Shown: positions 18,730 through 35,839 of the stretch, one piece after another
Layout: each line of letters starts with the position of its first letter
Position numbering within the stretch: position 1 is the first letter of the stretch
Made by a program: the position numbers and the translations under genes
Notes under the pieces: model-generated
What the model was told of the DNA's origin: nothing
Database searches by the model: none
The model's input: only the letters and a program-made list of their open reading frames with translations
From: the human T2T-CHM13v2.0 reference genome, Homo sapiens
Assembly: GCF_009914755.1 (NCBI RefSeq)
Contig: NC_060931.1
Reading direction: 5' to 3' (one strand)
DNA length: 64,000 nt

Positions 18730-19015
18730 ATTTTTAATTTTAATTTTAATTTTTTATCTTGTTTATTATACTTTAACTTCTAGGGTACATGTGCACAACG
18801 TGCAGGTTTGTTACATATGTATACATGTGCCATGTTGGTGTGCTGTACCCATTAACTCGTCATTTAACATTAGGTATATCTCCTAATGCTATCCCTCCCC
18901 CCTCCCCCCACCCCACAACAGGCCCCGGTGTGTGATGTTCCCCTTCCTGTGTCCATGTTTTCTCATTGTTCAATTCCCACCTATGAGTGAGAATATGCGG
19001 TGTTTGGTTTTTTAT
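18730..19015 (-). mobile_element. L1PA 3' end
   Basis: tagggtacatgtgcacaacgtgcagg...gagaatatgcggtgtttgg. Confidence 0.9.
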
Positions 19016-19088
19016 TTCATGTTTCAATAGACTCTACAGTTTGCCCAAAACTACCTCAGAAAATTTAGATATAAGATAAATTGATCTA

Positions 19089-19292
19089 CAGTCATGCATT
19101 GCTTAAAAATTGAGGCACATTCTGAGAAATTCATGTGTCATTGTGGGAACAACACAGAGTGTACTTACACAACCCTAGATAGTATAACCTACTACACACT
19201 TAGGCTCTATGGTATGACATCATAATATTATGGGAATTTGTCGTATATGCAGTCAGTCATTGACTGAAACATCGTTATATGGCACATGAATG
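19089..19292. mobile_element. Tigger3/MER7 deletion derivative
   Basis: ta-cagtcatgc...gcacatgaatg-ta. Confidence 0.65.
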
Positions 19293-20177
19293 TATTTTAC
19301 TATTCAATATCTAACATCTTTAAAACCAAAGTGTGGCTTATATTTTAAAACCAAAGTGTGATTAGCACTTTGTGAAGCATACATTGCCAAAGATCAATTT
19401 AAGTATAAATTTTCAATAGGTTCACCTTCCATGCCAAAATTCTTGCAACTCTCAACCCCTCGTCACTACCACTGTCAAAGAATATATTGTTATGGAGAGT
19501 CACATGAGAGCAATACAGAAAGAACATTAAAAGAAGCCTAAACTCACACCTGCTTACTTCACTTATTTAAACATTAGTCTTTCTTTTCAGTTATTCATGG
19601 ATATGTACTGAGCTATGAGGAAAAGCACCTTACTCTGCTAAAGCACCATAAGTTGTTAATGATTTTTAAAGAAAAATTTAACAAAAATATTCTTTGAAAT
19701 TGCTAACATTTTCAAGACAATGTAAGATACAACCAATAGATAAAACTTCTAAGTGATTTCTTTCAGATTCAGTATGTGTTATTCAATGAAGTAGTAACAA
19801 TCTAATTTATCAAATCATATCAAATATCTATTCCAATTACAGACATTCCCCAGTTGGTTTTATCTTCTGAAATGTTTATTTTCCTACTTATTATTAACAT
19901 AAAATATTATGCTAGCTCCTGGAGCAATTTGCGTTTTAGCAATGCAAACATTTTTTATATTTGCATAGGCAAAGTATGGTCATGATTCCTCTCTTTAAGA
20001 GATATATTTCCAGTAGAATTCTATTTGTGTTTTCACCTGGGATATAGTTTGACTCACGTATCCACACAGTAGAATTTTGTATATGCAGAAAAAAACTTCA
20101 TGATACTGTAAAGTTTACAATTTTTCTCTGAATTATCTTACCTGCATCCAACAGCACTACTTTAAAAAGCCTTATAT

Positions 20178-20475
20178 GGCCAAGCACAGTGGCTCACGCC
20201 TGTAATCCCAGCACTTTGGAAGGCCGAGGCAGGCGGACCACGAGGTCAGCAGATCGAGACCATCCTGGCTAACATGGTGAAACCCGTCTCCACTAAACAA
20301 AATACAAAAAATTAGCTGGGCGTGATGGCAGGCGCCTGTATTCCCAGCTATTCGGGAGGCTGAGCACAGGAGAATGGCATGAACCCGGAGGTGGAGCTTG
20401 CAGTGAGCTGAGATCGCACCACTGCACTCCAGCCTGGGCGACAGAGTGAGACTCCGTCTCAAAAGAAAAAAAAAA
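20178..20475 (+). mobile_element. AluY/Sc
   Basis: TSD aaaaagccttatat. Confidence 0.93.
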
Positions 20476-21009
20476 GCCTTATATTTGAGACACGGGGACA
20501 AATAAACAATTCCTTATATCTACAACATAACAAACATTTTAAAAATATATTGAATAAGTACATATATTTAACAAAAAATATGTACTGGTAGTATTTTAAC
20601 ATAAAAATTATCAGTAGCTTTGTGTATGTGTTTCTTTTAATGAGTTAAAAAGTTCATCGTTACTGATAATGAGTTTAAAGTGAATTAAGATTTTATGAAC
20701 AATATTCACTATGATGGATGCTTACATTTTTTGCCAAAGTTGCTCAATAAAGATTTTGCTCAAAAGAGATAAAAAGCCTTCCTTTTGTTCACATATTGAG
20801 GCTTACCTCAAACAGAATCTTGTATTTTAAATATTTAAGAAGGGACATTTTTCTATTCCATTATAAGGCATGTTAACCACTATGGAAAACACTATAGCTA
20901 CTTTCAGAACTTGTCTTTCGTATACATGTAGTTGATCCTTTAGGATTTTCGTCTAATGGTAGATAACACCTAGCTACAAATGCCCATTATTTAAAATGGT
21001 TTTGTAATA

Positions 21010-21817
21010 CAGATACGCACTGCATAATGACATTTCAGTCAACAAGGGACTGCATATATGATGGTGGCCCCTAGGAACTGAAAAATTCCTGCTGCCCGGT
21101 AGCATCTTGATGATCTTGACCCTGAGTAGGCCTAGGCTAATGTGTAAGTTTATGTCTTTATTTTTAACAAAAAAAAAGTTTGAAGTGAAAAAAGAAAGAA
21201 CTTTTAAAATAGAAAAAAGCTTATAGAATAAAGATTATAAAGATAATATTTTTGTACATCTGTTCAATGTGTTTCTGTTTTAAGCTAAGTGTTACTACAA
21301 AAGAATCAAAAAGTTTTTTAAAATTTAAGTTACTATAAAAGTTACAGCAAAATAAGATTATTAAAGACAAATTTAAAAAATAAATTTAGTATAGCCCAAG
21401 TGTACAGTGTTAATAAAGTCCACAGTAGTGTACAGTAATGTCCTAGGCCTTCACATTCACTCACCACTCACTCACTGACTCATCCAGAGCAACTTCCTGT
21501 CCTGCAAGCTCCATTCACAACAAGTGCCCTATACACATATCCCATTTTTAATCTTTTATACTGTATTTTACTGCACCTTTTCTATGTTTAGATACACAAA
21601 TACTTAACATTATGTTACAACTGTCTATGACATTCAGTACAGTAACACGCTATATAGGTTTATAGCCTACAAGCAATAGCTAGAGCACATAACCTAGGTG
21701 TGTAGAAGGCTCTACCATCTAGGTTTGTGTAGGTACACTCTATGATGTTTACAGAATGACGAAATAGCCCAATGACACATTTCTCAGAATATCCCCATTG
21801 TTAAGTGACATATGGTG
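21010..21817. mobile_element. Tigger3b-like DNA transposon
   Basis: ttcacattcactcaccactcactcactgactc core; TA-flanked termini. Confidence 0.8.
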
Positions 21818-22316
21818 TAATTATGATCTTCAGTAATGACAAATTTTTTAAAAGGAGGGCACAGACATGGTTACCAGCTTCCTCACACATCTCTTTTTTC
21901 GACCCCCACATAAAAACACCACAGCTTGAGATACAAGCTCAATAGGACAAAGCTACACAATTCGTAGTCACTTACACCACTCTAACAACCAAAAGAAGAA
22001 ACCAAAACTCCAGCTAATTTACTCCCTGGAATAGGATTAGAGAAGGTAAGCAAGAATAAATTCATCTACATATTCCTTTTATTAAAGCCTGTCCTTTGTT
22101 TCCACACAATCTGTAAGTGAAAACTCCATCAAAATGGTTCATTCAAAAAAGTGTCTACTATTAACAAAGCATAACAATATACATTTATGCTGTTGTGCAT
22201 AGAGAACATTATCCAAATTTTCTACTGAGGAGCCAGGAGAAATTTAATGAAAATGAAACAATATGATTATTGACTACAGAAAGAATACCTTTTTTGGAGA
22301 AAAAATATATACTTAC

Positions 22317-22442
22317 TTAGTCAGCTGCCCTTTATTCTTGTTGTTATCAACTCCATTGTAAGTCACAGCTGCCAGTTTTCTGCTTCCATAGTTCTCGCAG
22401 TGGACATTGTTAGTAACATCTTTCAAGTCCTGCATGTGTGTT
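22317..22442 (-). pseudogene. SEPTIN7: SEPTIN7-derived exon (end of septin unique element)
   Basis: cag|AACACACATG...ACTAA|gtaagt; 126 nt; [41 protein letters not shown]. Confidence 0.95.
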
Positions 22443-22681
22443 CTGTCATAAATAAACAGCAAGAGTTTGCTTCTGTTAATAGCTAGGGGGCATAAAGCTA
22501 AAAAAGCTTTAATATAAATTCAAAATTTTACCAAAACAAAAATTTCAGATTTAAAATTAACAAAAGACTATTGTTAAGGAAGGTAGCATTCATCTGTTTT
22601 CATTTACACTCAAAGTAGACCAATAAAAAATAAGCTAACTTGACACCAAATTTAGATTCCATAGAGATTTTAAGACCCATA

Positions 22682-23770
22682 GCAAGGACTTCATGACTAA
22701 AACACCGAAAGCAGTGGCAACAAAAGCCAAAATTGACAAATGGGATCTAATTAAACTAAAGAGCTTCTGCACAGCAAAAGAAACTACCATCAGAGTGAAC
22801 AGGCAACCTACAGAATGGGAGAAAATTTTTGCAATCTACCCACCTGACAAAAGGCTAATATCCAGAATCTACAAAGAACTCAAACAAATTTACAAGAAAA
22901 AGCAAACAACTCCATCAAAAAGTAGGCAAAGGATATGAACAGACACTTTTCAAAAGAAGACACCTATGCAGCCAACAGACACATGAAAAAATGCTCATCA
23001 TCACTGGTCATCAGGGAAATGCAAATGAAAACCACAATGAGATACCATCTCACACCAGTTAGAATGGCAATCATTGAAGTCAGGAAACAGCAGATGCTAG
23101 AGGGGGTGTGGAGAAATAGGAACACTTTTACACTGTTGGTGGGAGTGTAAATTAGTTCAACCATTGTGGAAGTCAGTGTGGTGATTCCTCAAGGATCTAG
23201 AACTAGAAATACCATTTGACCTAGCCATCCCATTACTGGGTATATACCCAAAGGATTATAAATCATGCTACTATAAATCATGCACACGTATGTTTATTGT
23301 GGCACTATTCACAATAGCAAAGACGGAACCAACCAAAATGTCCACCAATGATAGACTGGATTAAGAAAATGTGGCACATATACACCATGAAATACTATGC
23401 AGCCATAAAAAAGGATGAGTTCATGTCCTTTGTAGGGACATGGATGAAGCTGGAAACCATCATTCTCAGCAAACTATCACAAGGACAGAAAACCAAACAC
23501 TGTATATTCTCACTCATAGGTGAGAATTGAACAATGAGATCACTTGGACACAAGGCGGGGAACGTCACACACGGGGGCCTGACAAGAGGTGGAGGGCTGG
23601 GGAAGGGATAGCATTAGGAGAAATACCTAATGTAAATGATGAGTTGATGGGTGCAGCAAACCAACATGGCACATGTATACCTATGTATCAAACCTGCACG
23701 TTGTGCACATGTACCCTAGAACTCAAAAGTATAATAAAAAAAAAGAAAAGAAAAAGAAAAGAGAAAGAGA
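22682..23770 (+). mobile_element. L1PA 3' ~1.1 kb (ORF2 end, 3'UTR, A tail), no TSD seen
   Basis: [32 protein letters not shown] = L1 ORF2. Confidence 0.93.
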
Positions 23771-25460
23771 AATGGGCATAGGAGGGAAGACTTTCTTCTA
23801 GGGCATTTGAGATTGTCAAGCCCAGATGACAGGCACCACCTTTCCACCTTATGCCTCATTAATGGAAACAACACAAAGCCCAGATCTAAGGCAGAGCTTC
23901 CCAACTATGGGCCTGCATCTCAATCTTCACCTTCCAGGAACCAGGCAGTGTCTTCTGGGCTGATTACTTCCAGTTTACCTCATTGTGATGTCCAAATATT
24001 ATAGCTCCCCTCTCCATGATGATCATGGAAAATATCAGTGGCTCCAAATTCCAATTGTTTCACCTTAGAAAACAAATCTGAGAATCCCCCTACCACCAAG
24101 CACAGTACCTGGATACAACAGGCACTCAATAAATATTTGCTCAGCCAATGCAAGGATAAATGAATGAAATTCCTCATCCCTGTATTCATTTCTGAATACG
24201 TGCTGGTGAAAATCTAGCTCTAAACATCTTTCAGATTTAGTACATTGAGGTATGAAAAAGAAAAAATAAAAGGACGATGCAAACGAAGTCAGGAGCTGGC
24301 ACAGAAAGTGCAATCAGATTCTGCTTCCCCTGTAATTAAGAGTGCCCAATGCCGCTGACTTAGGCGATGACAGCGTGCAGCTTGCCTGCCCGCCCTGGGC
24401 GCCTGGGAGGGCGGGCAGCCCTCAGGATGCCGCTGCACAACACGTTCGCCACCTTATCAAGAATTCCACAGCCACAGGAAGATTTTTCACCCCGCCATAA
24501 CCCCCGCGGGCTGCCCTGTGCTGTCACATGTCCCCGCTGCTCAGAGAGAGAAAGCCACTAGGGAGGCCCTCAATGGAAATATTACCCCCTATCCAGGCTA
24601 GCATGGGCTTGATCGCCCCTGATTATTTCTGATCACTGTCACTGGGCCAAGAGCACAGCGAAGTCAAGAAAGAAATGGCCTTATTAGTGAGAACGCAGCG
24701 GTATGGGTAGGCAGTGGCGTGGAGGACCTGCTTTTGTGAGGGCAGTGAAGAGAGGGGAAGGAGTGGTGTCTTTATATTGAGATATTTTGAGATTCCTGCT
24801 TTCTCCACTCACTTCAACTGCCCAAATAGGTTCTGCAGGTTCCGGAAGGTTCTAGAACTTGTACAGGACCGAACCTACAGCTTCTCATGGAACAAACCCA
24901 GAACCAAGAAAATCTGGCGGAAATCACCTTGTTTAACTCCTTTGAGGTCTAGACCAGAAATTAAATAGTGCTTAATCTGTTACTTTAAAGAAGCCTAGTT
25001 CTAACTTTACCTCAGCTCGCTCCCTCTTTTGCCTAGGATAGGAAGGGTGGGTGCAAATGGTCAGCTCCCTGTAGGTCAGCCTCTTGGAGCCCTAAGTTTC
25101 CTGCCACTTCTATGCACTATGGGCTTTGCCCAGGGTGGGATCCTCAGCCCAGGGACCTTGTTTGTCCTCCGCCTCTTGATGCTGGTGCCTGCTGCCCAGC
25201 CACATACCCTCAGATTCATTTTTAAAGAAACGTCAACAGCTGTTAAATGGCAAATGAGCCTTTCAAAGAGGTGGGATGACTTTGAAAAAGGGCTTGAGGA
25301 CAGCAGTCGACCTCTGACCGTCTCCCCTCAGATGCCCTCTCCATCCCACGCTCTCTCCCTGTCCCCGACCTCTGCTTTCCCAGCGAGCCTGCCTGCTCTT
25401 CAACGCTCCTCCCTGCCCGCTTGTGCTGTCTCAACACCTCCCATGTTGCTTGGTTCCTAA

Positions 25461-26313
<853 letters not shown>

Positions 26314-26869
26314 CTATGAAAGAGTGTTCTTTATATTATCTATTTAAATACTAGACAAGAAACTGTAGATTAGCTACTACTGAAGCTCATAAAATCTAAA
26401 AGAAACTGCCTTTTAGCAATATTACTAAGGTAATATGTGAGTTTTTATTAATACATAATAATATATTTCAGATCACATATCAAGTTGTTTTCAAACTAGG
26501 GAATTTTAGAATAAATTTCTGTTTCTTCGAATTGTCTAGGTGAATGTGGTATTTTGGTTAAACAAATTTTTGTTTATAGCATTTCTATCATATATAAAAT
26601 CAGTACATATGAGATAAATCCACAATACATATGGGATGATGTCATCATTATTTAATAATTCAAGACACTGAAGATACCCTCAGCTGCTCTATGGATATCC
26701 TTTACCAATGCAGTGTTCTTGGATATACGTGGGGTGGCAATACTCTGTATTGTCAGTCCTCCCTCTTTTCATCATGTATTCTATTTCAAACTTCCTATAT
26801 CTGCCATCATTCATCTTCACCACGTTACTAAAACTCCCTTCTGGGAGACAAACATAAAGGTGTATTGTT

Positions 26870-27159
26870 GGCTGGGTGTGGTGGCTCACGCCTGTAATCC
26901 CAGCACTTTGGGATGCCAAGGCATGTGGATTACATGAGCTGAGGAGTTTGAGACCAGCATGGCCAACATGGTGGAACCCCATCTCTACTAAAAATACAAA
27001 AATCAGCCAGGTGTGGTGGTGGGCACCTGTAATCCCAGCTGCTTGGGAGGCTGAGGCAGGAGAATTGCTTGAACCCAGGAGGTGGAGGTTGCAGTAAGCC
27101 AAGATCGTGCACTGCACTCCAGCCTGGGTACAAGAGTGAGACTCCATCTCAAAAAAAAA
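26870..27159 (+). mobile_element. AluS
   Basis: Dimer with degenerate TSD gtgtattgttg/gtgtatcattg. Confidence 0.9.
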
Positions 27160-27849
27160 GTGTATCATTGTACATTTTTATCATTCCTTACATCCAGAAA
27201 ACCCTTACTGTTACTTTACAATCCAGCTTCTTGAATCTCCCCCTTTGTGAATAAAATGTGATATTCAATTACTCTGATTCATATCGTACTGACATTTGCA
27301 TGCAACTCTCTGATAGTTCACTCCCCTTAGTCCTAAGTCTGGGTTTTCCAAAAATCTCATCTCCCAGACTCTGTCCCTTGATAAATTCATGTTCTCTTAT
27401 AGCCACAACAGTTACTTCTAAAGCTCTACCACTCCACTTCGGGCACGTCAGGCAAAATAAATAAGCAGGTGGGATCAAGATTTTACAGCACAATTTTGCA
27501 GGTAATTTTAAATCTCAAGCCCTATGAAGGTTACCCAAAAAATCCTATAATAGAGAGGAACATTAAAAAGGAGAAATAAGATATTCACTTCGCAAAATTA
27601 CTCCTTTGGGATTCTAGTTACTAAACTCCATCTTGCAGTTTGATATGTATGAGTTACTGCCCAGAATATACAGACAGTCCTTCCATCCTGTGCACTGGGA
27701 TGATCACTTCCACTTCTTCAAATCCAGCTAAAAGCATCACTGCCTCCATGAAGCCTACTCCAGCCAGAATTGTTCACTTGCCTCCTCTCTGCTCATGTCC
27801 TATATATTACACAAGCAGAGGTCACCAACAGTATTTTTCATCAACAGTT

Positions 27850-28660
27850 TAGAGCAGTGCTGCCAAATAAAAATACCATGTCAATCATACAAGTAATTTA
27901 AAATTTTCTTAGTAGCCACTTTTAAAATAGGAAAAAGGTGAAATTAATCAATTTTATTTAACCTGATACATCCAAAACATGATCACTACAGTATACGATC
28001 AATATAAAAAATTATGGAGATTTTTTTCCATGCTCAGTCTTAGAAATCGGTGGTATATTTTATATTTGCAGAACATCACAATTCAGACTACCCACATTTC
28101 AAAGATTAATAGCCGTATGTGGCTACAGGCTGCTGTACTATTTAATAAAAAGTGCATATCTAGAGTCTAGCCCTTTGCTCTATAAAGTGTGATCTACCAT
28201 CCAGCAGCATCAGCATCACCTGGGATCTTGTTAGAAATGTAGAAACACAGCCCATCTCAGAACTACTAGAAGAACTAAATTTAACAGGATGCCCAGGATT
28301 GGAATGCATAGCAAAGACTGAGAAGCAGTAAATTAGATCACATATACCTTGGGAGTCTTACAGAATTGCTATTGCTATTCAACTATGATATGGCATTACC
28401 CCACTGACTAATATAGAACACTGTATTTAAATAACAATAGCTTTTCTATGAATCATGTTTTCTCTACACTGTCCAATGCAATTTTCTGAAATGATGAAAA
28501 TCTTCGTATATGTGCTGCACAAAATGGCAGCCACTTGCCACATGTGGCTGTTGAGCACTTGAAATGTATCTGGAGCAAAAGAGAAATTGCATTTTTAATT
28601 TAATTCATTTAACTGATGTAAACATTTGGCAAATGACTATCATACTAGATAGTACAACTC
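27850..28660. mobile_element. hAT-Charlie MITE cluster (MER33-, MER5A- and MER3-like pieces)
   Basis: aaattttcttagtagccac; cagcagcatcagcatcacctggg..ttgttagaaatg; gccacatgtggctgttgagcacttgaaatg. Confidence 0.6.
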
Positions 28661-28921
28661 CAGGAGAATTGGTTACTATGTCACAGTTTCATCTCTAGGA
28701 GAGTCCTTAGGACAAATTTGGAAAGTTCTAGTCAAGATAATTCTTCTGATTAACTGTACTTCTTTTTTTTAATGTTATGAAGTCATATTTACCATCTTAC
28801 ACTGGCTAAGGGCAAATTTGCATCTTACCTCTAAGGAAGGATAATAAAAGTTACAACATGTGCTTTGTATGTATTAATATTATTCCAGCTTATCATCAAT
28901 TAACAATACTAATATCCATAC

Positions 28922-29028
28922 CTGTACAGTCTTTTTAGTTCTATGAGAAGGACCTGGGTACTCTGGAGAATACAAATCTGTGAGGAATAATGAGTTGATT
29001 AATGTCGACTTTCCCAATCCAGATTCCC
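28922..29028 (-). pseudogene. SEPTIN7: SEPTIN7-derived exon containing the P-loop (G1)
   Basis: tag|GGGAATCT...GTACAG|gtatg; 107 nt; [36 protein letters not shown]. Confidence 0.95.
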
Positions 29029-30509
29029 CTAAAAGAAATAAGGGAAAATATCTGTTAAACTCACCCATTTTACCCAACCTTAAATATTCAACAGATGCTA
29101 TAATCCAACTTGCTTTATGCAAGTACTTCTTGGTGAGACAATGAAATGACATTAGAAAATATGCTACAAAGAGTATCTTGTCCTCAGTTTCTTAGCTATC
29201 AAATTAGACTCATGTTTCCAAGGATTCTTTTCAGCCTTCTAATTATACTTATATTCATTAAAAGTAATGTATCTAATAATTTACATTTTTAACAGTAATG
29301 TGTTCCCAAGGAAAAACTTCAGTCATTTAAAAAAAAATCCAAGTTGGATTATGTATCACTGCTTCAGTGAAATAAAGTTTTTCTTTATTAATAGACAATA
29401 ATGGATGACCAAAAGAAATCATGCAGCTACAAAAAGCAAAAATCTGCTAATACAAAGAATAATTAATCACAATGAACATCTCCACATAAAATTCTAAATC
29501 ACAAAAAATACTTTCTAATTTAGCCACCCATCAGCCTAAACATAAGGGTGCTTCTCCATAAACCAGAATCCAAAAAAATCTTAGGTAATTACTTTTTCTA
29601 CCACTTCTACTCGAGGTAGACAGGAAGGAAGCTACGGCATGATTTCCACTCTGATCACATACTCTTTTTTGACTCTCCATGTCTAGTCCAATATACATAG
29701 TCTAGTGTATAGTAACTATTACAAGTATACCAAAATATAAATGGCTTCAAGGTATATATAACCTAAGGTTAAAACAAATTAGAATTCATATTATGATAAT
29801 TAACATGGCACAGAGTTAAAGTATTTACTGTTAATAATTCACTTAGAATAATAGGCATGTTTAGCCTAAGTAACCGATGGCACAATACTTATATGTCTAG
29901 GAGGAATTCTTTTTATATTAGCTTTCAAAAGAGATAATAAGATCCTTTCCACATGGTTTGGGCTTACCCCTTTGACTTAGAGCATGCCACTTTTTACTAG
30001 ATGTAAAAATGCCATAAAGGTCTAAGTCACAGGAAAGTAACACGGGTTGGCCACACCTGATTCTTTCTTAACTCTTACACCTTGAAGGCAGAAAGACTAG
30101 AATAAAACCCAAGCATTTGGATGTTACCAGAAATATCTATAATATTTCCTTTTGGAAACATAAATGAAAATTTTAGTACATACAACGTTTTGGGAAATTA
30201 AAAACAAAAGTATGCTAATTAAAATATTAACACTGTACTCAATAAATCATGTTTAGAGGGCTTTTTTTCAGTTTTTTCCCTTTTTATTTGTGGTGAGGAG
30301 TGGGGGAACAAGACGATGCAGGACAAAGGGAAAAGAGAGAGGAAGAAAAATAAAAGTCTGAAAGGTAACACAGTAAAATGTAAAATGGTGGCTACTCTGG
30401 GGTTAGTACAATGAGGGTGAGATTTTTTTCTTAGTTTGTTATACTTCTGGGGGCTGCAAACTTCCTTCAACATGATTCTATTATTTTCATAAGTTAAAAA
30501 GCATTATTG

Positions 30510-32103
<1,594 letters not shown>

Positions 32104-33544
32104 CTAGTTAAGGACTGGACTGTTTGCCACCACCCCACCCCCCGCTTTTTTGAGTAACTTCCCCTTTTGGAAACAGTGATGAAGGTTTCTCCCTTTATTC
32201 TAAACAGTGTGTGTACCTTGTAGTACTATCTGCCATCAAATTTCTAAATGCTTTCTGCTTTTTTAATACTCTTTAAAAATTAGCAAATACATAGTTATAC
32301 TTTCAGTTAAGATTATATTTTTTCCCACTGGATTTTTTCTTTATCTTTTAAATTCTTAACATTGACTATGTGAAGTAATACGCTGTATACCCTGAACTCA
32401 GCTATGAGGTATTTAACATATCATGGGATATATAAATAAATTAACTTCCATCAATTCCTAGACTACTTACACTGAAATTATGGACCAAAGCTTTCTAATT
32501 CAATTCCCAAGTGGTATTAAAACCAAACTGTATTGTATTTCAAGAAATTTTATCCACGGTTACAAAAGTTTAAAAACTTATCAAACAAGTGGGAAAACTG
32601 CAATTTAAAGATAAATGATTAGGTTTCCTATTTTTTTAAGACCAACTACAATGTGAACCATAACTACACTAACTGGGTGTTCTCTATCAAAGTCAACACT
32701 GCAAACAACAAAGGGTATCATCTGGCCAAGAAAAAGATAATTTCTGATTCCAATTCAACACAGCTCCTGTGTAACAGGTGTTTCTCTAGTTCTCAGCTCC
32801 ACATTTATGCTTGAGTTATTTCTATGCTAGTTGTAGTTTTCTTTTTAAGTTGCCTCTGGGCAAAGTAAACCTTTCATAACAGATTGAGAACTGTTCCATT
32901 TCCTCAACTTTAAGATACAATTTTGCCCCCCAATATTTCTAAAAACAAATGTCTCATAATCAAAATGTAATTGACTGTACTATTTAACCTCCCTCAAATC
33001 AAATTTGATTATATGTTTCAGAGTAGATCTTATCTTAGAATCAAGGAAGCAGGAAAATCAAAGCATTTCTTCCCCTAGAATTGAATTCAATTAGAAAAGC
33101 CAAATCAATAAGACCTTAATTATTTTGTCCTATAATTGAGAACTTTATATTTAATTCTTAGAACAATTTATTCTGAACTAAAGGGATTTCTATTTCCTTC
33201 TAAATTGGAAGACCCAAAGAAACAGAAGCCTTTAACACAAACTTGGATGAGAAATAAGGAAAGTAACCAAGACCATCTCCCACCTTGAGGCTCATGAGGT
33301 GAAACAAAAGCTCCCGCTTGAGAGAGTTATATGCCACAGGGGAAATGACCCTCAAAGAGACAAGTTTCATTCAGAGTAAGGAGGCAGGAAAAATGGGTAC
33401 CAAAAAGTAGTTGAAAACTCAGTCTGCTTTTTCTGGTTCTGTACATAAGGAGCTTGGAAGTTGCCACTCCATTCTAAGAAGTAAAAAACTGAACAGATCT
33501 CATCTTTAAGAGCAGTATCCAATCTTTAAGAGCAGTGAGGACAC

Positions 33545-33845
33545 AAGGCAATGATCCAGCAATTGCTCTTCTTGATGTTTACCCAGCTAAGTTAAAAACT
33601 TAGATCCACAGAAAGTCTTGCACACAGGTATTTGCAGCAGCTTTATTTATATTTGCCAAGATGTGGGAGCAATCACAATGTCCTTCAGTAGTCGAATGGA
33701 TAAATACACTGTGGTACATCCAGGAAATGGAATATCACTCAGCACCAAAAAGAAATTAGCTAACAAGCCATGAAAAGACATGAACCAATGTATACTGGTA
33801 AGTGAAAGAAGCCAGTCCAGAAAGAATACATACTGTATAATTCCG
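33545..33845 (+). mobile_element. L1MC/MB 3' fragment
   Basis: atgatccagcaattg...gaatggataaat..ctgtggtacatcc. Confidence 0.7.
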
Positions 33846-35489
33846 TTATTATAATTCCATAATTATAGTGAGCAAGATACTTGCATTTTTGGTTTTCTTA
33901 CATATCGAATTAGTATAAGAGTATGAACTATGAGGAATAAATTAGATAATATATGTGAAATCTAAGCACAGTGCCTGGTACACATTAAGTGCTCAATAAG
34001 TAGTTGCATTATTTCTGTGATTCATTTAAGGAAATTAGAAAGACTTGAAAGTTTGATATGACAGAAGCAAGAATATAAATAACAAAATTTTTAAAAACAC
34101 TTAAGGCAAAAACTTGGAAACAATGGGAAGTTAGCAAATTCCACGTTAAAAGACTAATAGGTCTTTTGGATATGGACAAATCAAGTGCTTAAAAAGTAAA
34201 ATGATTGAAATAATATGCTTAATTGTCAAATATATACACAGAAATTTCTACCCAGAGAATAAACATATTTTTGAAACCTATGGAATACTTCAATAAGCTG
34301 ATCCTATGTAAGGCTACACAGAAAAATAAATCAATACTGGAACCTACAGATCATATTTTCTGAAGGTAGTGAAATTAAAAATTAACAAAAAATAATGTAA
34401 TCCATCTGCCTACTTACATATCTCTCTAACTCTTCTTATTTGAAAATTACTCAAATACAAACAAAATGAGTATTACACATAAAAAACTAAGATATGTGAC
34501 TAAAGTATTCAGAGAAAAACCCATGCTTAAAATAAGCCTAAAGAAAATAACTCGACCATCAGTGTGGTTCTTGGTGAAACTGTAAACTGGTACAGCTTTT
34601 CTGAAGAATAATTTGGTAATCTATCAAAATTTAAATCTACATGCCTTTTGACCCAGGGTTTCACTTTCAGAAATGTATATTACAGAAGCATTTATATGTA
34701 TGCCTAGAAATCCAAGGAACCTAAGCACTGTTTGTAACTATAAGCATCCATCTTCATTAATAGCTGACTGTATAAATCATGATAAAGATATTTTAGAATA
34801 CCACATAATTGCAAAGAATATGCAGACAGGAATATATGTACAGTATATTCAGTGACAGGGAAAAACAGTCACAGAACAGTACTTATAGCACGGCACTGTT
34901 TACACACACAAAAATTGACATGGGAATGCCTGGCGTATATAAAAGTATAAAAAAAATGGCAAAAGACTTGCACCAGTTTAATGCTTATCTCTAGAGACAG
35001 GACTGGAAATGAAGGCAGGAGAAAAAAGGAAACTCACCTTTTACTAAATGTCTTTAGAATTTAGTTTCTTAAAAATAAAAATGTATATTGTATAAACTTT
35101 TCTTTCTTTGGGAGGCTGAGGGGAGGGTAATAATAAAAGGGAATATACCAAGTTTCTAATAGTGTTTATTTCTAGATGGAAAAGGTAGTGAAACATTTAA
35201 ATTTTCTTTCTTTGTATATCAGTTTTTCTACAAGAACCATAAATTATATAATATTTAATTTTTACTTTTAACTCTTTAAAGGGGTTGATAATATGTTATA
35301 CTACAAAGAGGTCAAGAAGAATGCCTGAGAACAGGCTACCTGCAAATATAATGATTGGGAGTACTGGGATAAGAGTTAAGAGAAAAATGAGTATTGAGTC
35401 CAGTAAGATACTACAGAGCAAATGAAAGGGAAGCATCAGGCGCAGGTTACTGCAGATGCTGACCACTACAGATCCAGACAGCTGTACTG

Positions 35490-35718
35490 CAGGAATTCTC
35501 AATCTTGGCACTACTGACATTTTGGGTTGGACAATTCTTTATTGTGAGGAGTGTCTTGTTCGTTGAAGGACGCTTGGCAGCATCCCTGGCCTTCACCCAT
35601 TAGATGCCAGTTAGCCTCCCTCCTCCCCAGCTGTGACAACCAAAAATGCTTCCAGACATTGACAAATTTCCCCTGGGGAGCATTTTTCAAATTTTGAATC
35701 CCCAAATCATCTAGCACT
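35490..35718. mobile_element. MER20
   Basis: ttctcaatcttggcactactgacattttggg...ccagacattgacaaat. Confidence 0.8.
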
Positions 35719-35839
35719 GATACCACTATGCATGGAAAATAATGACAGTGACAGCCAGTAAGTTGTAAATTATTCTGTGTGCCAGTATTTTACAAGCATT
35801 GACTTAGTCAACCTTTATAATCCCATGAGATTGATACTA

